64,000 nt of DNA from Bacteroidota bacterium (GTDB taxonomy: Bacteria; Bacteroidota; Bacteroidia; Flavobacteriales; Schleiferiaceae), in assembly GCA_041164065.1 (NCBI GenBank), contig JBEAQE010000003.1, positions 170,912 through 234,911 on the forward strand. Reading direction: 5' to 3'. Within the stretch, counting starts at the first letter, position 1. The number at the start of each line of letters is the position of its first letter. Under the pieces are notes generated by a model. The model saw nothing but the letters and a program-made list of their open reading frames with translations. It was not told the origin of the DNA and did not search any database. This document shows, one piece after another, positions 37,253 to 46,484 of the stretch. Position numbers and translations under genes: made by a program.

Positions 37253-38686
37253 CTAATAGTAAGCAGGTCGACGAACACCGGTATAGTGTTTGGCTAGTCG
37301 AAGTACTTGGCGGCTGTAGCCGTATTCATTATCGTACCAAACATAGAGTACCACGCTCTTACCGTCCTCGGTCACTTGGGTGGCATTGGTATCAAAAATG
37401 GATGGACATGAATTTCCAACGATGTCACTGCTGACCAATTCATTTGACGTGTTGAAATGAATTTGCTCTACCAGCGGTCCATTCAGCGCGGCGTTCTTTA
37501 CCGTATTGAGCAATTCATCCATGTTAGTGGGTTGCTTAAGTTGAAGATTTAAGATGGCCAAAGAACCATTTGGAACGGGTACGCGTATTGCGTTGGAGGT
37601 CAATTTGGCTCCGAGTCCAGGAATACATTTGTCTACCGCCTTACCAGCACCGGTTTCAGTGATAACCATATTCATGGCTGCAGCACGTCCACGGCGATAT
37701 TTGCTGTGCATGTTGTCCACCAGATTCTGGTCATTGGTATAGGCGTGAATCGTTTCAAGATGACCGCGCTCAATGCCGAATTGGTCGTTGATGACCTTGA
37801 GTATAGGAGAGATGGCATTCGTCGTACAACTTGCTGCGCTGATAATTTTATCAGACTTTTTGACATCGTGTTGGTTGACGCCATGCACGATGTTGGGAAT
37901 TCCTTTTCCAGGGGCGGTCAATAGGACCTGGCTGATTCCCTTTCCTTCTAGATGTTTACTGAGCGCTTCTTTGTCTCGGAAGGCTCCCGAGTTGTCAATC
38001 AATAGCGCCTTTTTGATACCGTAGGCGGTGTAATCAGCTTTTGTAGGATCTGGGGTAGGAATAAAGTAAACAGGACGACCGTTCACGATTAGCGCCATTT
38101 GTTCCTCATCTACCTCTACTGAACCAGGGAAATCCCCATGAACAGAGTCGATTTTTAGAAGTGAAGCACGTTTGTATAGGCCGGCAACGTCAATGCTACG
38201 AACAGCAATCCCGCGAAGGCGCAGTTGGTTTCCGCGGCCCTCTTGAATAACGAGCTCGCGTGCAAGAAGTCGACCGATTCGACCGAAGCCAAATAAAACC
38301 ACATCGCGCGGTTCAATATTCGACGGTTTGAAAAAATCACTGAGATACTCGATGATAAATTCTTCTGCATTGAGGTCAGTCTGGTTCCACTCAAAAGTGA
38401 GTTTGCCAATGTCTAATTTCGCAGTCTCGATTGCGGTTTTTTTCAAAGCCTTCAACATGTCAAGGGTGTCCTCGATGGATATGGCTTTGCCGACCATGTC
38501 CTTAGCATATTGATGAAGTTCTAGGATTTGACCGGCACTCTTCTCACGAATGGGGTTTCTGAATAATACGACCTCAATGCCGCGGTCGTAAAATAGTTCA
38601 TGTACGCAGGCTAATACATCTACGGCCATGCGTTCGCGCTGAATGCGCAATTCTACTTTTTGGGTGTACTCTTGTTGAGCAATCAT
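37253..38686 (-). CDS. gap: glyceraldehyde-3-phosphate dehydrogenase, long form with an N-terminal extension of about 125 aa
   Basis: 477 aa. The Rossmann motif LFGFGRIGR appears only at about residue 130. The catalytic motif is AASCTTNA, with THAYTNDQ. Confidence 0.9.
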   Translation of the reverse strand: MIAQQEYTQKVELRIQRERMAVDVLACVHELFYDRGIEVVLFRNPIREKSAGQILELHQYAKDMVGKAISIEDTLDMLKALKKTAIETAKLDIGKLTFEWNQTDLNAEEFIIEYLSDFFKPSNIEPRDVVLFGFGRIGRLLARELVIQEGRGNQLRLRGIAVRSIDVAGLYKRASLLKIDSVHGDFPGSVEVDEEQMALIVNGRPVYFIPTPDPTKADYTAYGIKKALLIDNSGAFRDKEALSKHLEGKGISQVLLTAPGKGIPNIVHGVNQHDVKKSDKIISAASCTTNAISPILKVINDQFGIERGHLETIHAYTNDQNLVDNMHSKYRRGRAAAMNMVITETGAGKAVDKCIPGLGAKLTSNAIRVPVPNGSLAILNLQLKQPTNMDELLNTVKNAALNGPLVEQIHFNTSNELVSSDIVGNSCPSIFDTNATQVTEDGKSVVLYVWYDNEYGYSRQVLRLAKHYTGVRRPAYY

Positions 38687-38713
38687 GTAAAATTATTTGG
38701 TGGTTCTTACCCG

Positions 38714-38721
38714 CAAAGTTA
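38714..38721 (-). promoter_or_regulatory. -7 promoter box TAACTTTG for gap
   Basis: Perfect TAnnTTTG on the minus strand, 27 nt upstream of the ATG at 38686. Confidence 0.45.
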
Positions 38722-38836
38722 CGAAGTGTGTTTATCCGACAAAGGGATGTATGTATTATTTATATCGCTGACAAACAGTTGGTTGAGTGTTTTCTAAGGT
38801 GTGTTTAAATGACACTAAGCCGGAAAATTCAGGCAT

Positions 38837-38870
38837 AAAAAAGCCCCGCCACAACGTGGCGGGGCTTTTT
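38837..38870 (-). terminator. intrinsic terminator after the HtrA-family gene
   Basis: 9-bp stem GCCCCGCCA / TGGCGGGGC. A-runs and T-runs lie on both sides, and the stem starts 23 nt past the stop at 38888. Confidence 0.8.
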
Positions 38871-38887
38871 GTTTAAGGAGGGCTGAC

Positions 38888-40345
38888 TTACCACTCAAAG
38901 GCGTAATAGTTAGCCTTGCCGTTGGGCTCAAATCCTTGAATTAAAACACCATCTCCAGGATTGAATTGGCGAACCAAAGATTCGAACTTGTCAACATTGT
39001 CGATGTAGATGTTGTTGAGCTTGATGATGATAAAGTCTTCTGAGATTCCGGCCTTCTCGAAGCGTCCACCGAGGACTTTCTTTACTCGGACACCGTAACG
39101 CAATCCCATGCTTCGCTTATCGGCAGCGCTGAGGTCTTCGAGTTCCGCACCGAAACTTTTTAGGAGTTCTTCTTCGCGTGACAGGAGTTCTGTCGTGCCC
39201 AGTTTATTTTTGAGCATTACGTCGAACTTTTTGTTGGTCCCGTTGCGGTTGACAATAACTGCGAGGTTCTGACCTGGGCGGAATTGGCCGATACTTTCCG
39301 TAAGATCCGCCCCCGATTGGATGGCCTTGCCTCCTAGGTTGATGATCACATCGCCTTTTTCAATACCTGCTTCGGCTGCTGCGCCACCGTTGATTACCTG
39401 GGCTACATAAACGCCAGTATTTACTTTGATGCCCAATTCCTCTCTCAACGCTGGCGTGAGTTCGTTATAGTTGATTCCAAGGAACGCACGTTGAACACGA
39501 CCGTATTCACGGAGGTCGCCAACAACCTTTAGCATGAGGTTTGCGGGTACGGCAAAGCTATAGCCTTCGAAAGAACCGCTTCTTGAGGAGATGGCGGTAT
39601 TGATACCAACCAATTGGCCAGCGGTATTGACTAATGCTCCACCGGAGTTACCAGGATTCACTGCGGCATCCGTTTGAATAAAGCTCTCAATGGCGCTTTG
39701 TTCGTCGATGATGTTGATATCACGTCCTTTAGCGCTGATGATTCCGGCCGTCACTGTACTGGTTAGGTTGAAGGGGTTTCCTACAGCCAAGACCCATTGG
39801 CCAAGGCGAACGTCATCGGAATTGGCCACCTCGATAGGGCTAAAATCCTGAGCGTCGACTTTGAGTAGCGCAATGTCTGTGGTGGGATCGGTGCCAATAA
39901 GAGTGGCCTCGTACTCATTGTTGTCAAATGTGGTAACGGTGATGCTTTTGGCATCCTTAATCACGTGATTGTTGGTGACGATATAGCCGTCCTGGCTGAG
40001 GATGACACCGGAACCCGATCCTTGAACCTCGTAGCTTTGCGGGGTAGAGGGTCTACCGAAAAACAAATCGTTCAATGGATTGTAATAGTTCTGAACGCGT
40101 TCTGCAGTGGTTTTTACGTGCACCACGGCTGCAACGGTTTGCTCCGCCGCATCGACAAAGTCGGTTGGCATCGCGTTCGCGCTGAGCGAGACGGCTTGAG
40201 CTACTGGGCTATTTTGCATGGGAGCACTTTCTTGAATGACCACGGTCTTGCCGGTCCAACCCAAGAGATGCGCGGTGCCAAAGGCGAGAATACCGCCCAT
40301 AAAAATAGCACCAGTAAGGGCAAATGGTTTGAGATTCATTTTCAT
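38888..40345 (-). CDS. htrA: Do/DegP/HtrA family serine endopeptidase with two PDZ domains
   Basis: 485 aa with an N-terminal membrane or signal segment. The catalytic residues are in TNNHV, DIALL and GNSGGALVN. Two PDZ-like regions follow. Confidence 0.9.
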   Translation of the reverse strand: MKMNLKPFALTGAIFMGGILAFGTAHLLGWTGKTVVIQESAPMQNSPVAQAVSLSANAMPTDFVDAAEQTVAAVVHVKTTAERVQNYYNPLNDLFFGRPSTPQSYEVQGSGSGVILSQDGYIVTNNHVIKDAKSITVTTFDNNEYEATLIGTDPTTDIALLKVDAQDFSPIEVANSDDVRLGQWVLAVGNPFNLTSTVTAGIISAKGRDINIIDEQSAIESFIQTDAAVNPGNSGGALVNTAGQLVGINTAISSRSGSFEGYSFAVPANLMLKVVGDLREYGRVQRAFLGINYNELTPALREELGIKVNTGVYVAQVINGGAAAEAGIEKGDVIINLGGKAIQSGADLTESIGQFRPGQNLAVIVNRNGTNKKFDVMLKNKLGTTELLSREEELLKSFGAELEDLSAADKRSMGLRYGVRVKKVLGGRFEKAGISEDFIIIKLNNIYIDNVDKFESLVRQFNPGDGVLIQGFEPNGKANYYAFEW

Positions 40346-40463
40346 AATCGTATCTTTTTAGGGTACCAATTCCTCTTCAAATTGTACACCAAACAAACGC
40401 AGGAGTCGGGCACAATGGCCTAACTTTAACGCCTTTTAACACAGTATCGGACCAAAAAGTGGC

Positions 40464-41228
40464 ATGAATCTACATTTCTATAAGTATCAGGGCGCAGGCA
40501 ACGATTTTATCCTTTTGGACAACCGCTCCGGGGTGATTGATCTCGATACCCAAACCATAGCGGGTTTGTGTAACCGCCATTTTGGCATTGGAGCCGATGG
40601 TCTGATGTATTTGGAGCAACCCCGTCAAGCCGGTGATGATTTTCATATGGTATATTTTAATTCCGACGGTCGTGAGAGCACGATGTGTGGGAATGGTGGT
40701 CGATGTATTGCCCGCTTTGCTCAGCATTTGGGTATTGTGGCTACGGATGCCAAATTTTCAGCTATTGATGGTGCGCATTGGGCGCGATTGAGTGCGGATA
40801 AAGTTGAATTGGGCATGATTGATGCTGTCGCTCTTGTTGAGAAGAATGGCGGTTATTTTGTGAATACAGGCAGCCCTCACCATGTGGAAAACCGTCATGC
40901 TGATGGCGATTTCGTGCATACGGCTCGGGTAATTCGTGACGCCTACGGAACAGAGGGGGCCAATGTAAATTTCATTGAGTCTTGCGAGGGTGAGCTGAGT
41001 ATACGTACTTATGAACGCGGCGTGGAAAATGAAACTTTGGCTTGCGGGACGGGAGCGGTTGCCGCTGCTATCGTCGCTTACACCAAGGGCTGGACTACAA
41101 TAAAGCCCGTTCGTTTATATGCGCCCGGCGGTGTGTTAGAAGTTGATTTTTCCGGTGACGGCCCATTTACAAATGTGGTGTTATCGGGCCCGGCAGAAAA
41201 AGTGTTTGAAGGCACTGTGGCATTATGA
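40464..41228 (+). CDS. dapF: diaminopimelate epimerase
   Basis: 254 aa. It has GAGNDF and the two catalytic Cys motifs (MCGNGGRC, LACGTGA). Confidence 0.93.
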   Translation: MNLHFYKYQGAGNDFILLDNRSGVIDLDTQTIAGLCNRHFGIGADGLMYLEQPRQAGDDFHMVYFNSDGRESTMCGNGGRCIARFAQHLGIVATDAKFSAIDGAHWARLSADKVELGMIDAVALVEKNGGYFVNTGSPHHVENRHADGDFVHTARVIRDAYGTEGANVNFIESCEGELSIRTYERGVENETLACGTGAVAAAIVAYTKGWTTIKPVRLYAPGGVLEVDFSGDGPFTNVVLSGPAEKVFEGTVAL

Positions 41229-41740
41229 TTAGAGTTGGTGAAATAGGAATTCTGCGCGCACCTGAGCCCAGTGATTTAGAATGGGTTTTTGAGATTGAGA
41301 ACGATCCGGGGCTGTGGCACTTGAGCGCAAGTAAAGAGCCACTGAATAAAGGGGTTGTGATGCAGTATTTGGCAGCGCAACCTGGGTCGCTTTTGCGTGA
41401 TGGACAGCTACGCTTCATACTAGATGATCGGGGTCGTTTGAAAGGGGCCTTTGATTTATTTGATTACGATCATGTGGCGAAAAAGGCTGGGTTGGGTGTC
41501 TATGTAGATGCTTCATGCCGCAGGGAAGGCGTTGCATTGCAGACGCTCCAAGCTTTGGAAGAATATGCTTTTAGTATACTGGGTATTCGGAATCTATATG
41601 CCCATGTACCGCAAGACAATGAGGCGTCAAGGGCACTTTTTGTATCGGCGGGGTATCGTGAGGTCGGTGTCCTGACCGATTGGGTTTGGCATGATGGGCA
41701 ATATGTGGATGCCTGTCTCTTTCAAAAAATCAAAGTATGA
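41225..41740 (+). CDS. GNAT family N-acetyltransferase (RimJ/RimL-like)
   Basis: 171 aa with an acetyl-CoA binding region (RREGVALQTLQALEEYAF). ATGA overlaps couple it to both neighbours. Confidence 0.8.
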   Translation: MIRVGEIGILRAPEPSDLEWVFEIENDPGLWHLSASKEPLNKGVVMQYLAAQPGSLLRDGQLRFILDDRGRLKGAFDLFDYDHVAKKAGLGVYVDASCRREGVALQTLQALEEYAFSILGIRNLYAHVPQDNEASRALFVSAGYREVGVLTDWVWHDGQYVDACLFQKIKV

Positions 41741-42765
41741 AGAAAAGGTTCTTAATTATCGTTGGCGTCGTCATTCCTATTGCGCTGGTTTTTGGGGTGT
41801 ACATCGGTTACTCGGCCATATTTGAGCCGAATATTAATCCTGGTGTAGCGCCATATGATCTCTACATCGATGAACAGACCACTATCGATGATCTTTACGA
41901 AGAGCTGCTCGAGGATCATGTATTGTTAAAGCCTCAAGCCTTTTATTTTCTGGGTAAGAAGAAAGGGCTAACAAAAGTACGTTCGGGGCATTACGTCATT
42001 ACGGAAGGAATGAGTAACAATACGCTTGTAAATGCGCTAAAGGCGGGTTTGCAAGAGCCGGTGAAGGTGGTGATTAACGGGGCGGCTGATTTGAACGAGC
42101 TCGCGGGGGAATTGGCCAGTCAACTTCTCGCTGATAGTGCCGATCTTGTCCGTGCTTTGAATCAGCCAATGGAAGGCTGGGAAGGCCCGCTAGCTCTTGG
42201 GGCTTATATGCCAGATACCTATGAGATGTATTGGAATGCTTCACCAAAGTCAGTTGCGGAAAAGTTATATCAGAACACCATAAGGTTTTGGTCGCCCGAT
42301 CGCGTGCGTCAAGCTCAAAATCTCGGTTTAGATCCAGGAGAAGTTTGTACCCTGGCAAGCATTGTGATGAAGGAGAGTAGCAAGGCGTCAGACCGTCCCA
42401 AGGTGGCACGATTGTATTTGAATCGACTGAAAAAGGGGATGAAATTGCAGGCGGATCCGACGGTGATTTTTGCGAAAAAACGAGAGAATCCGGAATTGGA
42501 AATTCGACGTGTACTTAAAAAGGATCTAGAAATCGATGACCCTTACAATACCTACATGCATGAAGGATTGCCACCGGGGCCCATCTGTGTTCCCGAGCGC
42601 CAGGCACTTCTAGCCGTTTTAGAGGCGCCAAAACACGATTATCTTTTTATGTGCGCAGATCCAGATAATCCTGGTTATCATGCCTTTGCTACGAACTATG
42701 CAGGACATCTTTTCAATCAAGCCCGTTATGTAGCGTGGTTGAACCAACAAAAAATCTTTCGTTAA
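41737..42765 (+). CDS. mltG: endolytic transglycosylase MltG (YceG family)
   Basis: 342 aa with an N-terminal TM anchor. YceG motifs are LASIVMKES, ADPTVIF and YNTY...GLPPGPI. Confidence 0.88.
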   Translation: MKKRFLIIVGVVIPIALVFGVYIGYSAIFEPNINPGVAPYDLYIDEQTTIDDLYEELLEDHVLLKPQAFYFLGKKKGLTKVRSGHYVITEGMSNNTLVNALKAGLQEPVKVVINGAADLNELAGELASQLLADSADLVRALNQPMEGWEGPLALGAYMPDTYEMYWNASPKSVAEKLYQNTIRFWSPDRVRQAQNLGLDPGEVCTLASIVMKESSKASDRPKVARLYLNRLKKGMKLQADPTVIFAKKRENPELEIRRVLKKDLEIDDPYNTYMHEGLPPGPICVPERQALLAVLEAPKHDYLFMCADPDNPGYHAFATNYAGHLFNQARYVAWLNQQKIFR

Positions 42766-43580
42766 TGGGTACCATCATCTCCGCACACGAGGCCTCGGCC
42801 TTGTACGGATCGGCAATCTTTTGTGATGTAGTCGCAGGGCTGGGAGCAGAAGCTGTTTACAAAGAAGCTCATGTTAAAGGAGCGCGTTGGGTGGATCTAG
42901 AAACGGTTTTGAGCGCACGTTATTCCGATGCAAAAGATTTAGGGCGTCACCCATTGCCAAGCGTTAAACAGTTCGTCAAGTCTCTTGGAGCTTTGGGCAT
43001 CAGCGCTAGTGACACGGTGGTGTTGTACGATCGTTCTTCAGGCGTAATGGCAGCGGCGCGGATGTGGTGGATGCTTCGGTCAATAGGGCATCACAATACG
43101 GTCGTGGTCGATGGAGGGCTCGAAGCCTTAGAAGCCGCCGGTTTAGCAATCCAAAGCGGGGATATTCCTGTCGAGTCGGTCGAATACCGCTGCGAGCGGA
43201 GCCATTGGCAGTGGCCGCTTTTGGAGATGAATGAGGTATTGCCGGCAATAGAACAGGGCAAGGTCGTAGTCGATGTGCGGGGTGCTGCCCGATATGCAGG
43301 GAAGGAAGAGCCTATAGATCCTGTGGCAGGACATATCCCTGGAGCAGTTAATTTGCCCCTTACCGAGGTGTTAGAGCAGGGGAGGTTCAAAAGCATCGCC
43401 CTATTAACTCAGCATTTCGAGTCGTTGAAAGACCAGGAAGTTATCATGCATTGTGGTTCAGGCGTGACCGCTTGCCATAGTATACTTGCCATGGTTCATG
43501 CGGGCTATCCCGTGCCGACCCTCTACAATGGGTCATGGAGCCAATGGTGTCGTAATGACCTTCCCATGAACTTAGGTTAA
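42765..43580 (+). CDS. sulfurtransferase (tandem rhodanese, 3-mercaptopyruvate sulfurtransferase-like)
   Basis: Trimmed to the ATG at 42765, which overlaps the mltG TAA (TAATG). The active-site loop is HCGSGVTACH. Confidence 0.85.
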   Translation: MGTIISAHEASALYGSAIFCDVVAGLGAEAVYKEAHVKGARWVDLETVLSARYSDAKDLGRHPLPSVKQFVKSLGALGISASDTVVLYDRSSGVMAAARMWWMLRSIGHHNTVVVDGGLEALEAAGLAIQSGDIPVESVEYRCERSHWQWPLLEMNEVLPAIEQGKVVVDVRGAARYAGKEEPIDPVAGHIPGAVNLPLTEVLEQGRFKSIALLTQHFESLKDQEVIMHCGSGVTACHSILAMVHAGYPVPTLYNGSWSQWCRNDLPMNLG

Positions 43581-43615
43581 AAAAATCCCAGCCCGCCATC
43601 GGCGGGCTGGGACCC
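43579..43615. terminator. bidirectional terminator hairpin (element A) between the sulfurtransferase gene and clpB
   Basis: The sequence is AAAAAAA-TCCCAGCCCGCC-ATC-GGCGGGCTGGGA-CC, a 12-bp stem. The minus-strand reading ends in U7. Confidence 0.8.
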
Positions 43616-43648
43616 AAATTTTAAGCTTTCGCTCTGGCGCGCGCTCGC

Positions 43649-46255
43649 CTAATCGGCGAGCGGCAACTCTACGTTTCTAAAGACCACCTCGTCATCAAAC
43701 ACATCGAGCAGAATGACATCGTCCGTGCCGACCTTACCTGCGATGATGTCTTTGCTCAAGGCGTTGAGCACCTCGTTTTGAATGGCGCGCTTCACTGGTC
43801 TCGCCCCGAACTGCGGGTCATAGCCAACCTTGCTCAGGTGTGCAATGGCTTCCGGAGAGGCTTCCAAGGTGATACCTTGTTCGGCTAAACGCTTCTTCAC
43901 TAGGTCGAGCTGCAGCCCTACGATGCGGGACATTTCTGAGCGGTCTAGCGGTGCAAATACGCTGACTTCATCAATCCGGTTCAGAAATTCGGGTCGTACA
44001 ATCTTTTGTAACATCCCCAGCAATTCCGGCTTCAAACGCTCCATCAATCTTTCGAAACTCGGACCTTCCCAAGTCTCCATTGCCTCGTTGATCACGTGCG
44101 AACCGATGTTGCTGGTCATGATTACCAAGGTGTTCTTAAAGTTGACGGTTCGGCCTTTGTTGTCGGTCAATCGGCCGTCGTCTAGCACCTGCAACAAGAT
44201 GTTGAATGTGTCGGGATGGGCTTTTTCGATTTCATCGAGCAGTACCACGCTGTAAGGCATACGGCGGACAGCTTCGGTTAATTGGCCACCCTCATCGTAG
44301 CCCACATATCCCGGAGGCGCACCCACTAGGCGGCTCACACTGTGTTTCTCCTGGTACTCGCTCATGTCGATGCGCGTAATGGCCGTCTCGTCGTTGAACA
44401 GATACTGTGCAAGGGCCTTGGCCAATTCCGTTTTACCCACCCCGGTAGTCCCCAAAAACAGGAAACTTCCAATTGGTCGGTTCGGATCACCCAATCCTGC
44501 ACGACTGCGGCGAATAGCATCACTTACCGCGGCAATGGCGCCATGTTGGCCTATGACACGCTTGTGTAGCTCTTCCTCCATTCGCAGTAGTTTCATGCGC
44601 TCGCTCTCCAACATTTTCTGCACCGGAATACCCGTCCATCGGCTCACGACCTCGGCAATATCCTCCGCGGTGACCTCTTCCTTAATCATGGAACGCTCTT
44701 GTTGCTCAATATCGCGTTCTGCTTGCTCCAATTCAGTCTCCACGTCCTTCATCAACCCATAACGGATCTCCGCAACGCGCCCGTAATTGCCCGCACGCTC
44801 CTCACGTTCAGCCTCCAAACGCAACCCTTCCAAACGCTCTTTAAATTCTTGAATGCGTTCCGCAGCACCTTTCTCACGTTCCCAAATGGCATTTAGTCCA
44901 TCGCGCTGTTCATACAACTCGCTCAGCTCCGCCTTAATCACGGCCAACTTCTTCTGGTCGTCTTCGCGCTTAATGCCTTCCTGCTCAATCTCAAGCTGCA
45001 AAATCTTACGATCGAGGATGTCGAGTTCTTCCGGCTTGGAATTGATCTCCATTCGGATCTTTGACGCCGCCTCATCCATCAAATCAATGGCCTTATCCGG
45101 TAGGAATCGATCGGCGATATAACGCGTGCTCAATTCCACTGCGGCAATAACCGCCTCGTCCTTAATCCGCACCTTGTGATGCGTCTCGTATTTCTCCTTA
45201 ATCCCGCGCAAGATGCTGATACTGCTCTCACCATCGGGCTCCTCAACCATGACCTTCTGGAACCGACGCTCCAACGCCTTATCCTTTTCAAAATATTTCT
45301 GGAACTCATCCAACGTGGTCGCCCCAATGGCGCGCAATTCACCACGGGCTAATGCCGGTTTCAAAATATTCGCGGCATCCATGGCACCTTCGCCCTTGCC
45401 GGCACCCACCAAGGTGTGAATCTCGTCGATGAACAAAAGGATTTGACCATCACTACCGATAACTTCCTTGACTACAGATTTCAATCGCTCTTCGAACTCA
45501 CCTTTGTACTTCGCCCCGGCAATGAGAGCCCCCATATCCAAGCTGTACACCACCTTGTTTTTCAAATTCTCCGGTGCATCACCACTAAGGATACGCTGCG
45601 CTAATCCTTCCGCAATAGCCGTTTTACCCACACCGGGCTCACCCACCAAAATCGGGTTGTTCTTTGTCCTACGGCTCAGAATCTGTAGCACCCGACGGAT
45701 CTCATCGCCCCGGCCAATAACCGGGTCCAATTTTCCCTCTTCTGCCATCTTGTTCAAATTCTTCGCGTATTTGTCCAAGCTGTTGTAGGTATCCTCACTG
45801 CCTGCACTGCTCGCTGACCGTCCACCTCTGAGTCCCTCAACAGCGGTATGGACTACTTTGGTATTTAAGCCGGCGTCATTCAGCATTTTACCCGCAGCAC
45901 CTTTGTCCTCCAACAAGGCTAAGAGGAGGTGCTCAGTTGCCACATATTCGTCCTTCATTTTTCCGGCAATCTGCACGGATTTCTGCAACACGAAGGCCGC
46001 GTCACGACCCATGTGCACATCGCCTGTACTGCTTACCGTAGGTAGGCTCTCATACAATGCCTCTGCTGCTTTTTCCAACGCAACAATGTTGGTTTCACTT
46101 TGCTGAGCCACGTAGGGTAGCACGCTTTTATCTTCTTTAATCAAGCTGAGCAGGAGGTGAATGCTCTCCACGCTGCTGTGACTTTTATCGGTCGCAAGGA
46201 ATTGGGCACCTGCAATGATACCCTGATTCTTGGTTGTAAACTTTTCAATATTCAT
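43649..46255 (-). CDS. clpB: ATP-dependent chaperone ClpB
   Basis: 868 aa with two AAA+ modules (GEPGVGKTAIAEG; GTTGVGKTELAKAL), a long coiled-coil middle domain and a Clp N-domain. Confidence 0.97.
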   Translation of the reverse strand: MNIEKFTTKNQGIIAGAQFLATDKSHSSVESIHLLLSLIKEDKSVLPYVAQQSETNIVALEKAAEALYESLPTVSSTGDVHMGRDAAFVLQKSVQIAGKMKDEYVATEHLLLALLEDKGAAGKMLNDAGLNTKVVHTAVEGLRGGRSASSAGSEDTYNSLDKYAKNLNKMAEEGKLDPVIGRGDEIRRVLQILSRRTKNNPILVGEPGVGKTAIAEGLAQRILSGDAPENLKNKVVYSLDMGALIAGAKYKGEFEERLKSVVKEVIGSDGQILLFIDEIHTLVGAGKGEGAMDAANILKPALARGELRAIGATTLDEFQKYFEKDKALERRFQKVMVEEPDGESSISILRGIKEKYETHHKVRIKDEAVIAAVELSTRYIADRFLPDKAIDLMDEAASKIRMEINSKPEELDILDRKILQLEIEQEGIKREDDQKKLAVIKAELSELYEQRDGLNAIWEREKGAAERIQEFKERLEGLRLEAEREERAGNYGRVAEIRYGLMKDVETELEQAERDIEQQERSMIKEEVTAEDIAEVVSRWTGIPVQKMLESERMKLLRMEEELHKRVIGQHGAIAAVSDAIRRSRAGLGDPNRPIGSFLFLGTTGVGKTELAKALAQYLFNDETAITRIDMSEYQEKHSVSRLVGAPPGYVGYDEGGQLTEAVRRMPYSVVLLDEIEKAHPDTFNILLQVLDDGRLTDNKGRTVNFKNTLVIMTSNIGSHVINEAMETWEGPSFERLMERLKPELLGMLQKIVRPEFLNRIDEVSVFAPLDRSEMSRIVGLQLDLVKKRLAEQGITLEASPEAIAHLSKVGYDPQFGARPVKRAIQNEVLNALSKDIIAGKVGTDDVILLDVFDDEVVFRNVELPLAD

Positions 46256-46425
46256 CCTTCATAGGGTTTGGGTTCGGACCAATTCCTTCAATTCACATGC
46301 CGCATCCCAAAACCCTAAACAATAACGACGTTCTGTCTGAAAATGAGTTGTTTAACTGAATTTTTGACCGAATTCCCATCCCGCTAATGACAAAACTTCA
46401 GTCACACAATACACAACCCGTACGC

Positions 46426-46462
46426 AAAAAAAATCCCCTCGCGCCATCGGCGCGAGGGGACC
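46426..46462 (-). terminator. terminator hairpin (element B) after the 1,595-aa gene, about 170 nt upstream of clpB
   Basis: The sequence is AAAAAAAA-TCCCCTCGCGCC-ATC-GGCGCGAGGGGA-CC. It is a sequence relative of element A with three compensatory stem changes. Confidence 0.8.
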
Positions 46463-46484
46463 TATAGATTATCTAAGCCAATGC

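Noticed and set aside
39965-40423. 152-aa plus-strand ORF across the HtrA-family gene start
   Set aside because: It is mostly antisense to the N-terminus of the HtrA-family gene, and the remainder covers the divergent promoter spacer.
43830-46106. Series of plus-strand ORFs (62-141 aa) inside clpB
   Set aside because: They are antisense shadow ORFs of a long, strongly conserved gene. Their composition is Ser/Arg/Leu-rich and low in complexity, and they have no promoters or terminators.
46256-46425. Heat-shock operator (CIRCE-type) or thermosensor in the 170-nt clpB leader
   Set aside because: No TTAGCACTC-N9-GAGTGCTAA-like inverted repeat or obvious long hairpin is visible, and only partial -7 box matches are present.
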